Assembly: GCA_015680685.1 (NCBI GenBank)
Contig: MNCI01002612.1
Coordinates: forward strand, 69,051 to 133,050
Length of the DNA: 64,000 nucleotides
Direction of reading: 5' to 3'
DNA from: Gnetum montanum
Taxonomy: Eukaryota; Plantae; Gnetophyta
A program made the translations under genes and the position numbers. Position 1 is the first letter of the stretch, and each line of letters starts with the position of its first letter. The notes beneath the pieces are model-generated. The model did no database searches and was not told the origin of the DNA. It saw only the letters and a program-made list of their open reading frames with translations. Positions 44,101 to 56,854 of the stretch are shown here, piece by piece.

Positions 44101-47100
44101 GGAAGAACCTCTTATTATTGGAATGGATGGATGGATGATGTGGTCTCACTATGTAGATAACCAGTCCCCTATGATTGATAATATAGAGAAATCTTCACCT
44201 TATTGGGGCTACATCTTACCTTATTTGATGTGTTTTATTTGGAAATTAACAAAAATATGTACAAGTAAAATGAAAATAGAGTATGAAAAAGATAAAAAAG
44301 ATAGTAAAAATAGAAAAAGATGAAAAGAATAAAAAGATATCAAAGAAATGTTAAAAGGCATAACAAAAAATTAGAAATTAAAAAGAAATTGTAAAAAAAA
44401 AGGTTGGAAATTTCTTGTTAATTCCTTAATCATGATTGGTATCTCCCCCACGACTAAACTCATGGGTGAGTGTTCAGAAAATGGACCCTATTTCCCCTAG
44501 ATCATACAATTGAGGTTTCTCACTTACCATCCTTAGCAACATAGCTTTTTGGTTATCATCCCAGATGATCTTGATGGTAATTGAATTTTGATTGTGGTGT
44601 AGTATTTCCATTGGTAAGTTCTTAGTTAAGATCAGTTTCTTAAAACGAGAATTAATAAGTGGTTTAGATTAGTCCATGCACATTTTGAAGTTCTCAGTTG
44701 TTGGCCACTAGGTATCTTTTGGTTTAGTGGCCCTTACTCTCTCTTGTGCACACACTTGCTTTTCACATTTTTTGTGGACTGGTGTAATGACTGTGTTGAT
44801 GTTCTATAAGGTTGATCCACAACTACATCCTTCTTTTTCAGTAGTAATGCATGGAATTTCCTATCTCTTCACAATGATAGGTTCATTTGTTTTGTTGGAT
44901 CTTGTGTAGGATTGGGAAACATTGTTTTGGTAAGGAAGGGTGTTGCACCTAGTTAGTCTTATGCTAGTTTTGATGAGCTAATAGATCTACAAATTTTGTG
45001 CTTATGGGTGGAAACTTTCCTAAAGAAATGACATTTTTGAGACTGTGGTTGAGATCTACTAGCATTATCATTTACCTTTATTTTTGTAGCACAAGTGACA
45101 TTCTTCTATTGATGTTATGGTGCCAATCCTTCTTGTATTATTGGTGATGACATATGGTGGAGGGAACTATGAGAATATTGAGAATGTTGTGGAGGATAAG
45201 AGGTTTGAGATGGTGATCCCACAAGAGATGCTACGGGTTGATGATATTTAGGAGTGGTAGTAGTGATTTGAGGAAGATGAGTTAGGACCAATTGAGGAAA
45301 TAGGTTGTTGAACATAATATCCATGTGGATTTGATTGACAATAAGGGTAGTGCTAGATTGATGATGGCATCCCCCATGACTGTGGATTTTTCCACTATGG
45401 TTGATAGTGATTTTGAGGCTGATAAGAAGTCCCCCTAGAATAGTATGGTTGATTGTAGGACTTTCTATAATTACCTTGTGAAAAAGGTAATTTTCTAGGC
45501 ATTTACTTTTGTATGAACTTGGGATTCAAAGCAAAATCCCAATACTCATGCAGATGTAACATGACTAGGGAATAGCCCTTTGGATGATCATATAAGAAAA
45601 TGTCACATCCATCATCCTCTTGAGTCTATAGGCTCTTCTTCTATAACCATTTTCCCTTTTTCTAATAAGTTTTCCTACTTGTTTCATTGGTCATTTTCCT
45701 CTTCTTATGCTGATCACTTGATTCTTTAGGCGCTACCTTCCCCCCTATGGTTTCCAAATAGGTTTGTAACTTTTTTGTTCATCAACTTCCACATCTTATC
45801 TACCCTTGCTTCAATCTCAATGATAGCCTTTTGTATTGGTAAGATATGTTGTAAAATTAACTCATCAAGAGCTTCCTCTTTTTCCTTATCATACATATGA
45901 ACTTCTCTTGCTTGAAGAGTTGGGTTTTAATTATATTCCTTAACACTCTCCCTTTTACATAGCTCTCCATCTACTTTTTCCATCTCCTCAACTAGCGTTT
46001 GTATCTGATGGGATTTTAATTTAGATAATCACCCTCAAGCATAGATCCCAAGGGTGTTTCTTGTTGGGGTAAGAAGCCCATCTATGATGTGGAGAAGTTG
46101 CTCTTTTTCAGAAAATCCATGGCCTAGACATTTACGTCGTAGAGAAAAGTATCTGTCTAAGGCCATATCCAAGGGTTCATGATTTCCTTGTTTCCATCCT
46201 TGGATTTATTTTCTTAAATTTGACACTTTCTCATAGGTTTGGTATTTCTCATTGAAGAGCTCAAGTATTGTGGACCATGAGTGGATTGAAACTAGCTCCA
46301 ATGATCTCTACCAACTTTTGGCTTCTTCTATTAGTGTCTTAGGAAAGAGTTTAAGCTCTTGTCACTCACTGTCGATGTTTTGTAAAGTGCAGACATCACG
46401 GAAGGCCTGTGAATGAAGTTTTGGATTAGAATTATAGTCCCCTCAGATCTGGGAATGTTATTCATATTAAGTATTTTGATGCAACTTTCCCTTTGATTCT
46501 TGTGGGGTATTCTAATTGCGTTTGTTATCTACGTCATGTTCTTAGTATCCAACAAGGGTTCATCATCATTAGACATGTAGTGGTGATGATTTCTATTTCT
46601 ATTTATCTATTTACGATGATCTCATTTATGCTCACTTTGATGATCTCGTCTATTTCTATTTCTATCTTTGTCTTAACCTCTTAGTGTATCTCTATTTCTA
46701 CACCTATGTTTATCCTTGTCAAAACTAGATGTAGAAGAGGAAGAGGAAGAGGAAGATGAGAAATTGGGAGAATTTCCATGGCTACTATATCTACCACCAT
46801 GGTTCCTTGATTTATCTCTTCTAGGTTTGGAGCAGGTCCTAGGCCTTGAGGCCCTCCTTGTTCTTAGACTTTCTTCATCTCCTCTAGGATTGTCTGCATT
46901 AGTTGAACGTAGTCTTTGAGTGTAGTAAGAGTTTGAATGAGCATAGGATATCCCTACTTGTGGTTTTTTACTCTAGTTTTCCTCAGTATAGATCCTATTC
47001 TTTCTCTTACTAGTGTTTTCATCATGTAATGCATTCTTATTCCTATGTGAAGAAAACATGATTTTACTTGATAATGTGTGTGACATAAAATATTAATGTT

Positions 47101-47870
47101 TTCTAAAAGATAGATCATTAATACATTTATAGCAATCATGTATAATATAAATAATTTAGATAACTAGCACCATCCTTGGCAACAGTGCTAATGATGAGCA
47201 GTGGGTACCCCTATGCCCAACCATATGAATCACAAGACTTCATGCACAATTTGGTCAAATTCCATGGATGAAATTAGTTGTGTCATCTAGATTGTTAAGC
47301 ATTGATCACAGAATGTTGTCTTCTTACTTAGACTAGTGGTAGCTCTGTCATGTATGGTTTAGTCCAAAGTAAGGCATATAATAATTGATGTTGTTTGGCC
47401 TTTAATACTCCTAGTTGAGAACATGATGAAAGTTAAGAATAATAATCTAAATCTAAGTAATGACGGTAATGTAAATCTACTCTAGCCTAGAGAGATGAGC
47501 ATTCGATCTTGGCTTACTATACACACCTTGGGCTCATCTAACCATTACTAGATTACCAAGTGTTATGCTATTGGGACAACCAAGCAATAATACTACTAGG
47601 ATTACCAAACGATTACACTTAAATGCTTGAAACTAGGTGTGCTCATTCTACTTTATTGATGAAAAATGAAGTAAAGTACTTGGAAATGTAAATGATTATC
47701 TAAAAAGTAGTAAAAACTATGTTAAGTAAAATAATAAAAACTAAGTGGATGCTACAGTGATAAAAAGTAATCTTAATCTTTATTTCTGAACATGAACTGT
47801 GTCCAAGTACACATCACTCAAATAAAGATTCTATACAATTGCTCAACACCACACTGTGGAAATTTACTCT
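41150..47870 (-). mobile_element. Second, more decayed pol-less Athila-like element (partial LTR 47192-~47870, PBS, gag ~45100-46950, non-coding tract, extra-ORF remnant ~41170-41950)
   Basis: Colinear with 1-6600 (42480-42600 vs 2980-3090; 46050-46460 vs 5140-5570; 47192 onward vs 5959 onward). Decayed tRNA-Asp PBS at ~47172-47190. Confidence 0.75.
43204..43962 (-). repeat. Nested Athila-family LTR insertion (solo LTR or collapsed element; interior is an N gap)
   Basis: TGATGAG...CTCATCA termini and a perfect GTAAC TSD (43199-43203, 43963-43967). Ends are homologous to 5959-6828; gap at 43252-43783. Confidence 0.85.
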
Positions 47871-47949
47871 ATTGCTAAAACTACGAAATGATTATTATTA
47901 CCTTATATATATATATATATATTATTACTACTACAATAATCAATTGCAC

Positions 47950-48800
47950 CATAACAAAAGAAGCTTTGAATACTTCATACTGACTTCAAGGATTCATTTA
48001 AAATTAGAAAATTATACAATTGAAAATAGCTCAATATTTTGACTCCATCAAAATGATTTTTTTAGAGAGTATATGATTGTACCAGAAAATTTGATAAATT
48101 TGGATGTGGCTACAAAGCTCAAAATTGTTTAAATTTTTTGTAAAAACATAGGATATCAAAATTCAATTTTGAATATTATCAAAACCAAATATATGAATGC
48201 TTATATCATTGATGCTCTAGTTGTCCAAATGAATGAAGATAAGAAAGAAAATTTCAAATCCAAGTCAATTCCTATATGTAATTTTTAACGCAATAAAGGT
48301 TATATAGAAGTAAAATGCTAGTACAAGAATACTTTTTCTTCTAATTAATTTAACAAGAATAATTTAAATAATGAAGATGAAGAAAGTTAGACTAGAATAC
48401 ATGAAGGAGAAAACTCAAAAATATGGGAATAAACTTACTTACACATGCTTGGATCATTAATAATGGGTGTTCTAATCAAATGACACCTAACAAAGAAGAC
48501 TTCATAGAGCTCAAAAAGTGTAAAGGCCTTGGAAGAATTAAAGTTGGTAATGAAAAATACTTGGAAATTAAAGGCATGTGTAAATTACTTCTCCCCTTGA
48601 AGAATTACCAAGAAACACCTATCCATGATGTATTTTCTATTTCCAAATTATCTAGTCCAATATTATTAGTAAGGAAAATCACACAAAGGGGAAACAATGT
48701 GAGTTTTTAGATAATTATTGCATCATGTCAAACAAACATGGTATGACTAGTAATTTTAGAATGTTGGATAGTCAAATATCTATTCTTAAAGCCATAAAAA
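47950..48800 (+). mobile_element. Ty1/Copia gag-protease remnant
   Basis: AWIINNGCSNQMTPNKEDF...IKVGNEKYLEIKG resembles the Copia protease WIIDSGCSNHMT; decayed Zn knuckle near 48275-48320. Confidence 0.7.
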
Positions 48801-49369
48801 TATAAACAAAAATAAACTATAAAAAATACCCAAGAATTGTTAAAATTACAAACAAAGGGATTGAAAAAGAAGACAAGCCAAGCATTGTAGATGATCCCTT
48901 GTCCATAAAAAAGAATACAATAAACCATTACAAGTATAAGTCTAAGTTGAAGCGAAAACAAGCAACAACTTGAAGTTATAGGAAGAAGATTTAATGTGCT
49001 TGAAGAAACTAAGAAGATAAAGAAGTGGCTCATGTATTAAGAAAAAATTAAAGACAAGCAAAAAATATCAGCTTTATTCCATACACATTAGAGGGATTGT
49101 TGGAAAAATAGTCTACATAAAAGTAGAGGATAAAATTTAATTAATTAATAAGTTTATCATGAACCTTATAAAATGCATTTTATGATTCATATATTGGAGC
49201 ATTTTTATTTAAAAAAATGTTAAATTCAATGATGAAAAATGAAAGAACATAGATTCCAAAATACATTTGTAAATCTTTGATGGACAGAACTACTTGATTT
49301 TGGCCCCATGATCTACAACTTGGCCTCTTGGAAAACTTATAAGTAGAGGGCCTTAAACACATTGTAATG

Positions 49370-50070
49370 ACATGATGTGATGCTTTCTTAGATTTCAATG
49401 ACTTGATGCATGTGTGTTGGTGCATTTAAAACATTTATATATATATATATATGCATGAGTCACGAAGCATTAATGCCATCTTTATAGTAGTTTTAGTGAA
49501 GCTCTTGTAGTTTTTTTTCATAACTTATAGTAATTGCCCATAATGTGTGATTAACTCCATTTTCTAAAGTCTTTGTTCAAGTGACTATACCTAGATATGA
49601 TCATGTTTTAGAAATCAAGATTGAGATTGATTTTTTTCATTGCAGCAATATTACTTTGATTAGATTCAAATTTTAAAAATTTTAGTTTATTATAATTTAT
49701 TATCATTAATTAGCATAATGTTTATGTTTCTAGCATATTAGTTATGGTAGAATAAGCATGCTAAAGTCTCAAATGTTAAACACTAATTATCTTGGTAATC
49801 CTAGTAGTTAATTAATTTGGTTTGTTTAGCGATTACGTTATAAATCTAGGAACATGTCAAAAGGTTGACAGAGAAAACTCTCATCACCATTAGGATATTT
49901 TAGGATGATTTCCATTTTTAGCTATTTACTATTTTTATCTAATGTTCATTGTTAGTAATTGTTATAATCAATAAACATGGGCCATAATAATATCATCATC
50001 ATACATCTTAATCATGCTTAACCATATGATTTTAGCATTCTACAAGTGTGATTAAGAATATAGTAATTTT
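49370..50070 (+). repeat. Decayed Athila-family LTR fragment
   Basis: 49500-49650 and 49750-49860 resemble 55980-56150 and 8090-8200. Ends are uncertain. Confidence 0.4.
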
Positions 50071-50479
50071 TGATTTATGTTCATCCATTAAGACCATTTC
50101 TATTTAGAATATACCTTTATATTTTAACAAAACAAACAACTCTAATGATGGGACATTTATGGTAACATTACGATGCATTTAGATAGATCAACCCCTTCCA
50201 TGCTTTAAACTATATTAATAAGAACTAGAATGGATCATGCTATAGGTGGCTACTATTTGGAAAAAATAATAACCAAAACTTAAATGCTTGATAAGGCCCC
50301 GATGTAGCTTGGATAAATGAATGGGTTCATGACATAAGAATTGGAAGGGCAAACACAATGTACCATTTATTTATAACTTGGAATGAAAGGATGTGACCAA
50401 CTAATCAAAGAGATTCTTTTGTCCTAGATCCACCTCAAGGGATCCTTCATGCCTTTTGTACAATTTCATAGAAGATGAA

Positions 50480-52330
50480 TTATAAAAGGATGAAGGTTAG
50501 CGTTAGGTTAGCAACCAATTTTAGAACCATGTTAAATCTTATGAATGAGTTCTTTTTCATATTTGCCAAATGCTAGGGCATTTTCTAAATTCAATGTGTA
50601 ATAATCACATGGTCCCATTATTATGGAGAATGGGTAAGGGCTTGATAGACTGTTCTCTAGAGATGACAAGCAACATTGTCATCTAGATCTTGTGGAAAGT
50701 AGACAAGGATCCCCACATCAAGGATAGGTATGAAACTATCAATGCTATGAAAAAACAAAGAGTTAGCATTTCCTACATTTAAGAAATAAACTAGAAAGGA
50801 AAGAAAGATAAATATTTAGACCATGGTTACAAACTCTTCTACTCAAGAAAAGATCATCATTGAAATGGAGTGGGAATCATCATTAATTAATTTATCAAGG
50901 ATAAAGTCATACAAATATACCACCATGGCAATCAAATTATAGGATTCAAGAAATTCCAAGCAAGAAGTTATATTCTTTGGAGGGGATTTTAATAGTCATG
51001 TTGGATCTATATAGATGAGATATGATAAGATTCATGTAGTATACATATTTGGAGAGTGCAATGATATAGAAGATTCACTACTATAATTTCTAAGTGCATT
51101 TGACCTTGTAATTAGAAATACTTATTTCCAAAATAAAAGAGAACATTTAATTACATTTAAGAGTGGTATGGATAAAAAATAACTTGATTATTTCTTGTTA
51201 TGAAAAAGAGACTATGCCATTTGCAAAGACTTCAAGGTCATACCTAGAGAGTGCCTTACAACTCAACATCTACTAATGATCATGAACTTAGGTATATAGA
51301 GCTTTAAAGGTAGCAAAAGAAAAAGGATTAAATACATAAAATTATGGAATTTGAAGGAATATAACTTCACCCTATTATTTAGTGGGCCTTGTAGAAGAAA
51401 AATATCCTTGATAAATGTATTAAAGTAATTCTAGGTATATATGAATGAGTTGTCACTAAAATTAGAATAGATTTTGGAAAAAAATCTAAATTTCTAGTCA
51501 TAGTAGGCCTACATTAAGGGTTTGCGCTAAGCCTATACTTCTTTACTATTATTTTGAATGAATTAATAAAGAAAATACAAGATGAAATCCCTTGGTATAT
51601 GCTATTTGTAGATGATATTGTGTTGGTGGATACCACTTGAGAAAATATTACTTCTAAAATGAAAAAGTAGAGACATACTTTAGAATTAAAAGGCTTAAAC
51701 ATTAAAATAAATAAGATATAATATATGGAATGAATTTTTAATAATAACATAAAAAATATTGAAATAGAAGTGATAATTCAAGGTTAAAATTTCCCTCATT
51801 AAAAACAATTCCACTACCTAGGATAAATCCTCTAATCAAATGGTAAAATTAATAAAGATATAAGAAGTAGAATTGAGGTAAGATAGTCAAAATGAAGATA
51901 GGCTAGTGATGTTTTATGTGATAAAATAATAGTAATAAAATTGAAGGGAAAATTTTACAAGATAGAAATTAGTCCTATCTTATATGGTGTTGAATGTTGG
52001 ATAGTACAAAAGAGGTATGAATAATAAATTAGTGTAGTAGAAATGTAAATGCTTAAATGGATGTTTAATGTTACTAAAAGAGATAAACTACATAATACAT
52101 ACATTAGAGGAAGACTTAGAATGGCTTCTATTTCAGATAAGTTACAAGCATAGTATCTTAGACAGTTTGAACATGTAAAAAGAAGATTAGACAATGAGAC
52201 TCTAAACAAATGTTGATACATCACTATCTCAGGAAAGCTACAGAAAGGAAGAATGAAAAGACATGAGAAAAAAAATTGAAGATGATTTGAAGAAACTACA
52301 AATAAAAAAATATCTAAATATTTGTAGATG
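50480..52330 (+). mobile_element. RTE-clade LINE remnant (endonuclease plus RT, internally deleted)
   Basis: EN: FFGGDFNSHVG, LVIRNTYF...EHLITFKSG, KVIPRECLTTQH. RT: GLH*GFALSLYFF...IPWYMLFVDDIVLV...FHYLG...LKGKFYK...LYGVECW. Confidence 0.85.
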
Positions 52331-53324
52331 TGCATTATCATACCACAAGACTTTAACTTAAAGAATCTTCATGATTGAATTACAAAAGTCTTAATACTTA
52401 GGACATGTGATGTCATAATATTCTTATAACTTAAGAAAGAATCAACCATAAGCATTATAAAAATTAAACACCTAAGTGCATAGTATAAATAGAGAATTCA
52501 CATTAGATTGCATATATAATAAATCCAATAAATCATACTATAGACAAAAATCTCAAAAGAGTTGATAATGAAATTCATCAATACATCATGCTCATCAATA
52601 TATAAGATTTTAAAGGATAACTAATGCTAAAAATAATAAAAAGATCCATTGTTCAAGGCTCTAGTACTATCAAGCTCTTACGTACTGCTACTTATATCTA
52701 CATAAAGGCATGTAGGAAAGGTAAAACACCTTCTAGTAGATCCAACCACCTTGGTGCTCCCAAAATAAGCTATAGGATGGAGTCACATGCTACACATAAG
52801 TACCATATCAATATTCATGAGATAAGAGTCCATAATTAATATGAAAATAGTGATGTCATACAAAATGTCAAGGAAATATATTAACCAAGGTGACTTTGGA
52901 AATGAACCATCCTTAGGGCCTAGTTGGTCCACAAAGGTCTTACCTATCTTAGATGCTATCAGTGACACTCCTTAAGGACTAGTTAACCAAGCCTTACTTG
53001 ATCTTAGATGATATAAACTTTAAAAATAACACTTATGGTTTTCTTATCATTATTAATTTTAATCATAAAATCAAAGAATTTTCCATGTGGATAATCACAA
53101 GTGACATAAGGCCTTGATGACAAACTAGTTCCCTTATAATGCTTGTCCATTGTCACAACCTAAACATAATCACACATGATGTGTATTAAGTATGGTAGAG
53201 AATGATATCCTCCATGATGTCTACATAGTAATGCATGATCTAGGCCTCATGCTATACAATCATAGGTGATATGGGTCAAGTGCTAGAGGCTAACCTAGAC
53301 TCCCTATAATACCTACTCTTTGAT

Positions 53325-55789
53325 TGTGACAAATCTACAATCGGAGGATCAAAATGCTAGATAATACGTCAATCAAGATACCAGATGTTATGGATGATTT
53401 AGAGATGCCATCATTAGTATCAAAATTAGCATCGACATCATTGCATTAGCATCTTGTATCAACATCAACATCTATATTAGCATCTCATGTCACTTACAAT
53501 TCAACATCTAGTTTCCAAAAATGACCTCTAGTTAACTACACTTAACTTTGGGGTTGAATTGGAAAATCTAGGCTTATAAATACTAAATCAAAATCAAAAT
53601 TTGGGGCCAATTTCTTGATATCCAGAATACTTTTTTTAATTTTTAAAGATCAAGAACATAAGCATCTACCTTCTCAGCATCTCCTGCATGCTTCCTAATC
53701 ATTTCAACTCCTCTTAGTAATTTGCAAGCTCAGTCTAGCATCTAAGTCCTTGATAGTCTACAAAGTGACATTAACACTAACATCAATGTCAACTCTAGTG
53801 TTAGTTGGATAGTCTTCATTTTGCCTATACTAGAGTTATTTTTTTTCAACTCTAGCCTCACTTGTTAGACAACTCGCCAAAACAACTTTGTTTTTACCTC
53901 AAATTGACTATGGATAATGTGTATAGCTTCTCCATTCATATCTACACCTACTAAAGGTCAAATTTCATCATCAACTTACTTTGCTCATAAACTGAGCCTT
54001 TATTGTTAGTTTTATCTCTCATATATTTTTCATCATCCTTTGGATTTTTCATCCTTCATATGAAGCAAATTTCATATTTTATTAATAAAGCATATCAATT
54101 ATGTGGAGGGGAATATAAAAGCCATTTTCCTCATGTTGATCTTCTTGTTTATCATTTATATTATATTCTAAGTCATTCTTAGCATAATTCCCATACTTAG
54201 TTTTTATTTGCATCACTTAGACATCAATAAATCTACATAGAGACTTCTCACTTTCCATCATCCTCCTTATTATTTCTAGTTTGTGGATGGTATGCTAAGT
54301 CCATATTTGATTAGAAGATCATGCTCCTTCATATCATAATCATTGATCTATCGATTTAAAGACCTTTTATAACCATGAGTTAGATACTTAACATCTAATT
54401 CTTGGAGGTGTTTCTTGTAAGATTATAGAAGAACAATTTTGTAGGACCATTTTTAGTGCTAGACGGAGGGCCTATAGGTTTTTTACTACCTTAAACTTTT
54501 CACTGAACAGCCTATAGGTCCTTTCTAATACTTAGACTATTTTCATACTTTTATTACTTTACTTAGTTTTATTTTTCCATTTGCAATTGATCTCTATGTA
54601 AAGAAGCCTCTCATTAACACCATGTCTAGCCAAGGATTTGACTCCTCACATAACTTTTAGATTCGTAGACTAATTGAGATATGAAGGACACATGTTCTTA
54701 CAACACCCAAGACTTAGCATAATTACAAGATTACATGCACAAAGCTAGAATTCTAGATAGCTCTTTCGAAAATTGAGCGAAGGAGGATGGTAGCATATGA
54801 AATAGCTAATGACTTGAAACCATTCTTGCCCAACTTGAACCATTCCATTGAGCTAGATCACTTCAAACAAGCCACTTTAGTAGAGTACCTAGCCATTAGA
54901 GATGAAATTTAGGTACATGATGATGTTGAAATTCAACAAAGATAAGCTATGAGGGATCACCTCCTAGGACATCCCAAAATCAACTTCAACATAAAAAATT
55001 ATCAGTTCTAGGACCAACACAATAAGGATAGTGACATATGTGTTCATGACAATGATGAGAATGAGAATCCTCATACTTTATTACCTAAAAAACTCTTCTC
55101 TTAGCATACCATGCAACCATAGAACCTAATCTTGTGCATGTCAATCTCATAAAATCTACTAACCCATTCTTTATGCATGTTCCCTAAACCACAAGTCCTA
55201 TTGCACCTATGTCCACTACTCCAGCTATTATCATCCCACCAGCAGTTACCTCATCACCTATATGTAGTCTATTTCCAAGCACATCCACTATAAACCTAGT
55301 GTCTCTTGCATAGGTGCAAAATCCCAATCCATTATTGAGCATATTCTAATCATCATCCCTAGCACCATAAGTTTCATTGTCATTTCTTTTATCTTCCTAG
55401 CATATTCCTCAAAAACATATCCTGCAGCCTATCTCCATGTCCATCATTGCACCTTCCTAGCCAAATTTACCTATCTATAACCCCATTTTAGGCAATCCTA
55501 CCATAACAGTCATCCTTGGTGTTTTGTGAAAATTAATGCTTTTACTCCAAGACTTATCTTTGAGGTTATAGTTAAATAAGAATTAGACACATAAAATAAC
55601 AACACTACATAGAAGCAATCTTGTTATTTATATTATTCATCTTCTCGTTGATCCCATCAGTCCAAAGGGATTTTCTTACTAAATTTCATTAAGTTTAATG
55701 AAGATTCTAATCCACAAACAATGTCATCACCTTTTGCAATGAATACATCTTTCTGGTCAACTATTCTCGCAGTATCCTCAGAAGCGTTT
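53325..55789 (+). mobile_element. Second Tat-type element fragment: LTR (~53325-54449), decayed tRNA-Asn PBS (54454-54470), decayed gag interrupted at 55790
   Basis: ...GGACCA-TTTT-TAGTGCTAGACGGAGGG. 55670-55790 translates like the gag core at 18590-18700 (LLNFIKFNEDSNPQT). LTR start is uncertain. Confidence 0.6.
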
Positions 55790-56854
55790 TGATGAAGCAT
55801 CCAGTCACTGCATCAACTGGGCCATGTCAACAAAGCCTTGTTGACGCGGCTACATCGATGTGATCCCATTGACACATCTTTTCAAGCATTGATGTGGCCT
55901 CGTCAATGCAAAGTTCATTTTTTGCTATAAATATGTGCGCACACACCACATTTATGGCATCTTTTGTTCAAGTTGTAGTGAAGCTCTTGTAGTTTGTCTT
56001 CATGAATGTTAGAGTATTTCCCAAGTGCCCGTAGCAAGAGTTTGAAGAGTGTATGGCTCTTTATTCGAGCACTAATGTACTTGAGCCCATTGGCGTGACT
56101 AGCAATAAAGACAAGATTTTTGAACATTCCTTGCAGGATTTGGATTAAACTACTTAAGCATTAACATATTTTAATAATTCTAAAATATTTTATTAGTATC
56201 ACTTATAGTTATAGCCCATGTTATAGTTTATGAGAACCATAAGCACAACCATCTCAAACATATGTCTGACACTTGGCAACCCAGTGACGCCTAACGTCTA
56301 GTAACCCAGTAGTGGTAAGGACATGCTCAGGATGTGCACGGAGGATGGGCTCAATTTTTTATGCTAGGGATAGTTAAGTGATAGAGTAGAGCAATCATAA
56401 AATTATATAGCCTTTCATTTCCTACACTAGAAGAATTAGAATTTAAAGATAAAAAAAAAACTTATAAAAATCAATTGCCTCAATCTCACTCAACCATCCT
56501 TTTAGGATATCATAAGTGAGGTTGAGAAGACAACAACCGCTCTAACTATGTTTTTGCTAGCTAGAATTTTATGTACGTAAGTGCTTGTAGTGTTCGGAAT
56601 TCAATCGGGTCACGTGTGAACACTCATGATTCATATGGTTGGGTGTAGGGGTACCTCACTGCTCATTATTGGCATCATTGCTAGGGACTGTTAGTCTTCT
56701 ATGCACTATCTAGCCTTAGTAAGATCATCACTTACCTCATTGGACGATACCCATTACATCAAAATCTACTCACGCTAGGCGACTTAGGTAAGAGTACAAC
56801 ACACTAAGTTATTTATTGTTTAACACTAATATGTCTTCTTCTCACAGGTGAGAT

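Noticed and set aside
51514-52341. Hydrophobic minus-strand ORFs resembling membrane proteins
   Set aside because: Antisense readings of the A-rich RTE RT region.
52400-53320. Possible minus-strand Gypsy gag/protease remnant
   Set aside because: Only faint motif resemblance; too decayed to call.
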